Of a DNA stretch of 64,000 nt, positions 63,934-64,000 are shown one piece after another. Position 1 is the stretch's first letter; each line of letters begins with the position of its first letter. The notes below the pieces were generated by a model, which saw only the letters and a program-made list of their open reading frames with translations, ran no database searches and was not told the origin of the DNA. The stretch lies in NCBI GenBank assembly GCA_976551045.1, contig CDPCPM010000012.1:40548001-40612000 (forward strand). Direction: 5' to 3'. The position numbers and the translations under genes are program-made. The DNA comes from Glaucostegus cemiculus. Taxonomy: Eukaryota.

Positions 63934-64000
63934 TAAGTATTTCCAGTTTTTCTTTCACATTTCCAGAATCCACAATATTTTACTTCAGTGTTATGTATGA

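Noticed and set aside
1-64000. Prokaryotic systems (CRISPR array, operon, retron)
   Set aside because: No regularly spaced repeat-spacer array or gene-dense coding; all RT ORFs carry vertebrate LINE motifs.
32536-64000. Next ARHGEF4 exon (LISDG..AEALWDHVTM, SH3) and the preceding coding exon
   Set aside because: Not found by eye or in the ORF track; presumed to lie outside the window, although a short exon could have been missed.

Overview
Eukaryotic, intron-dominated, repeat-rich DNA. The repeat set (CR1, Rex1/Babar, V-SINE/HE1-like, DeuSINE, L1, Penelope-like termini) points to a cartilaginous fish, probably a batoid; this is inferred from repeat content only. One host coding exon is recognisable: a 140-bp + strand exon (32396-32535) of ARHGEF4/Asef encoding the APC-binding region just before the SH3 domain, with no neighbouring exon recognised in the window. 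The rest is retroelements, including a young CR1 (7.0-9.8 kb), a young Rex1/Babar (19.4-21.1 kb), two TSD-flanked L1 fragments and old Gypsy remnants. The most notable signal is a family of short non-autonomous elements, three with 13-16 bp target-site duplications, carrying minimal hammerhead-ribozyme-like motifs in single, tandem and inverted arrangements with recurrent core variants. Also notable: twin-priming-type inversions in an L1 and a Rex element, an internally primed L1, and a V-SINE with a swapped LINE-derived tail. Repeat boundaries were read by eye and are approximate unless a TSD is given.
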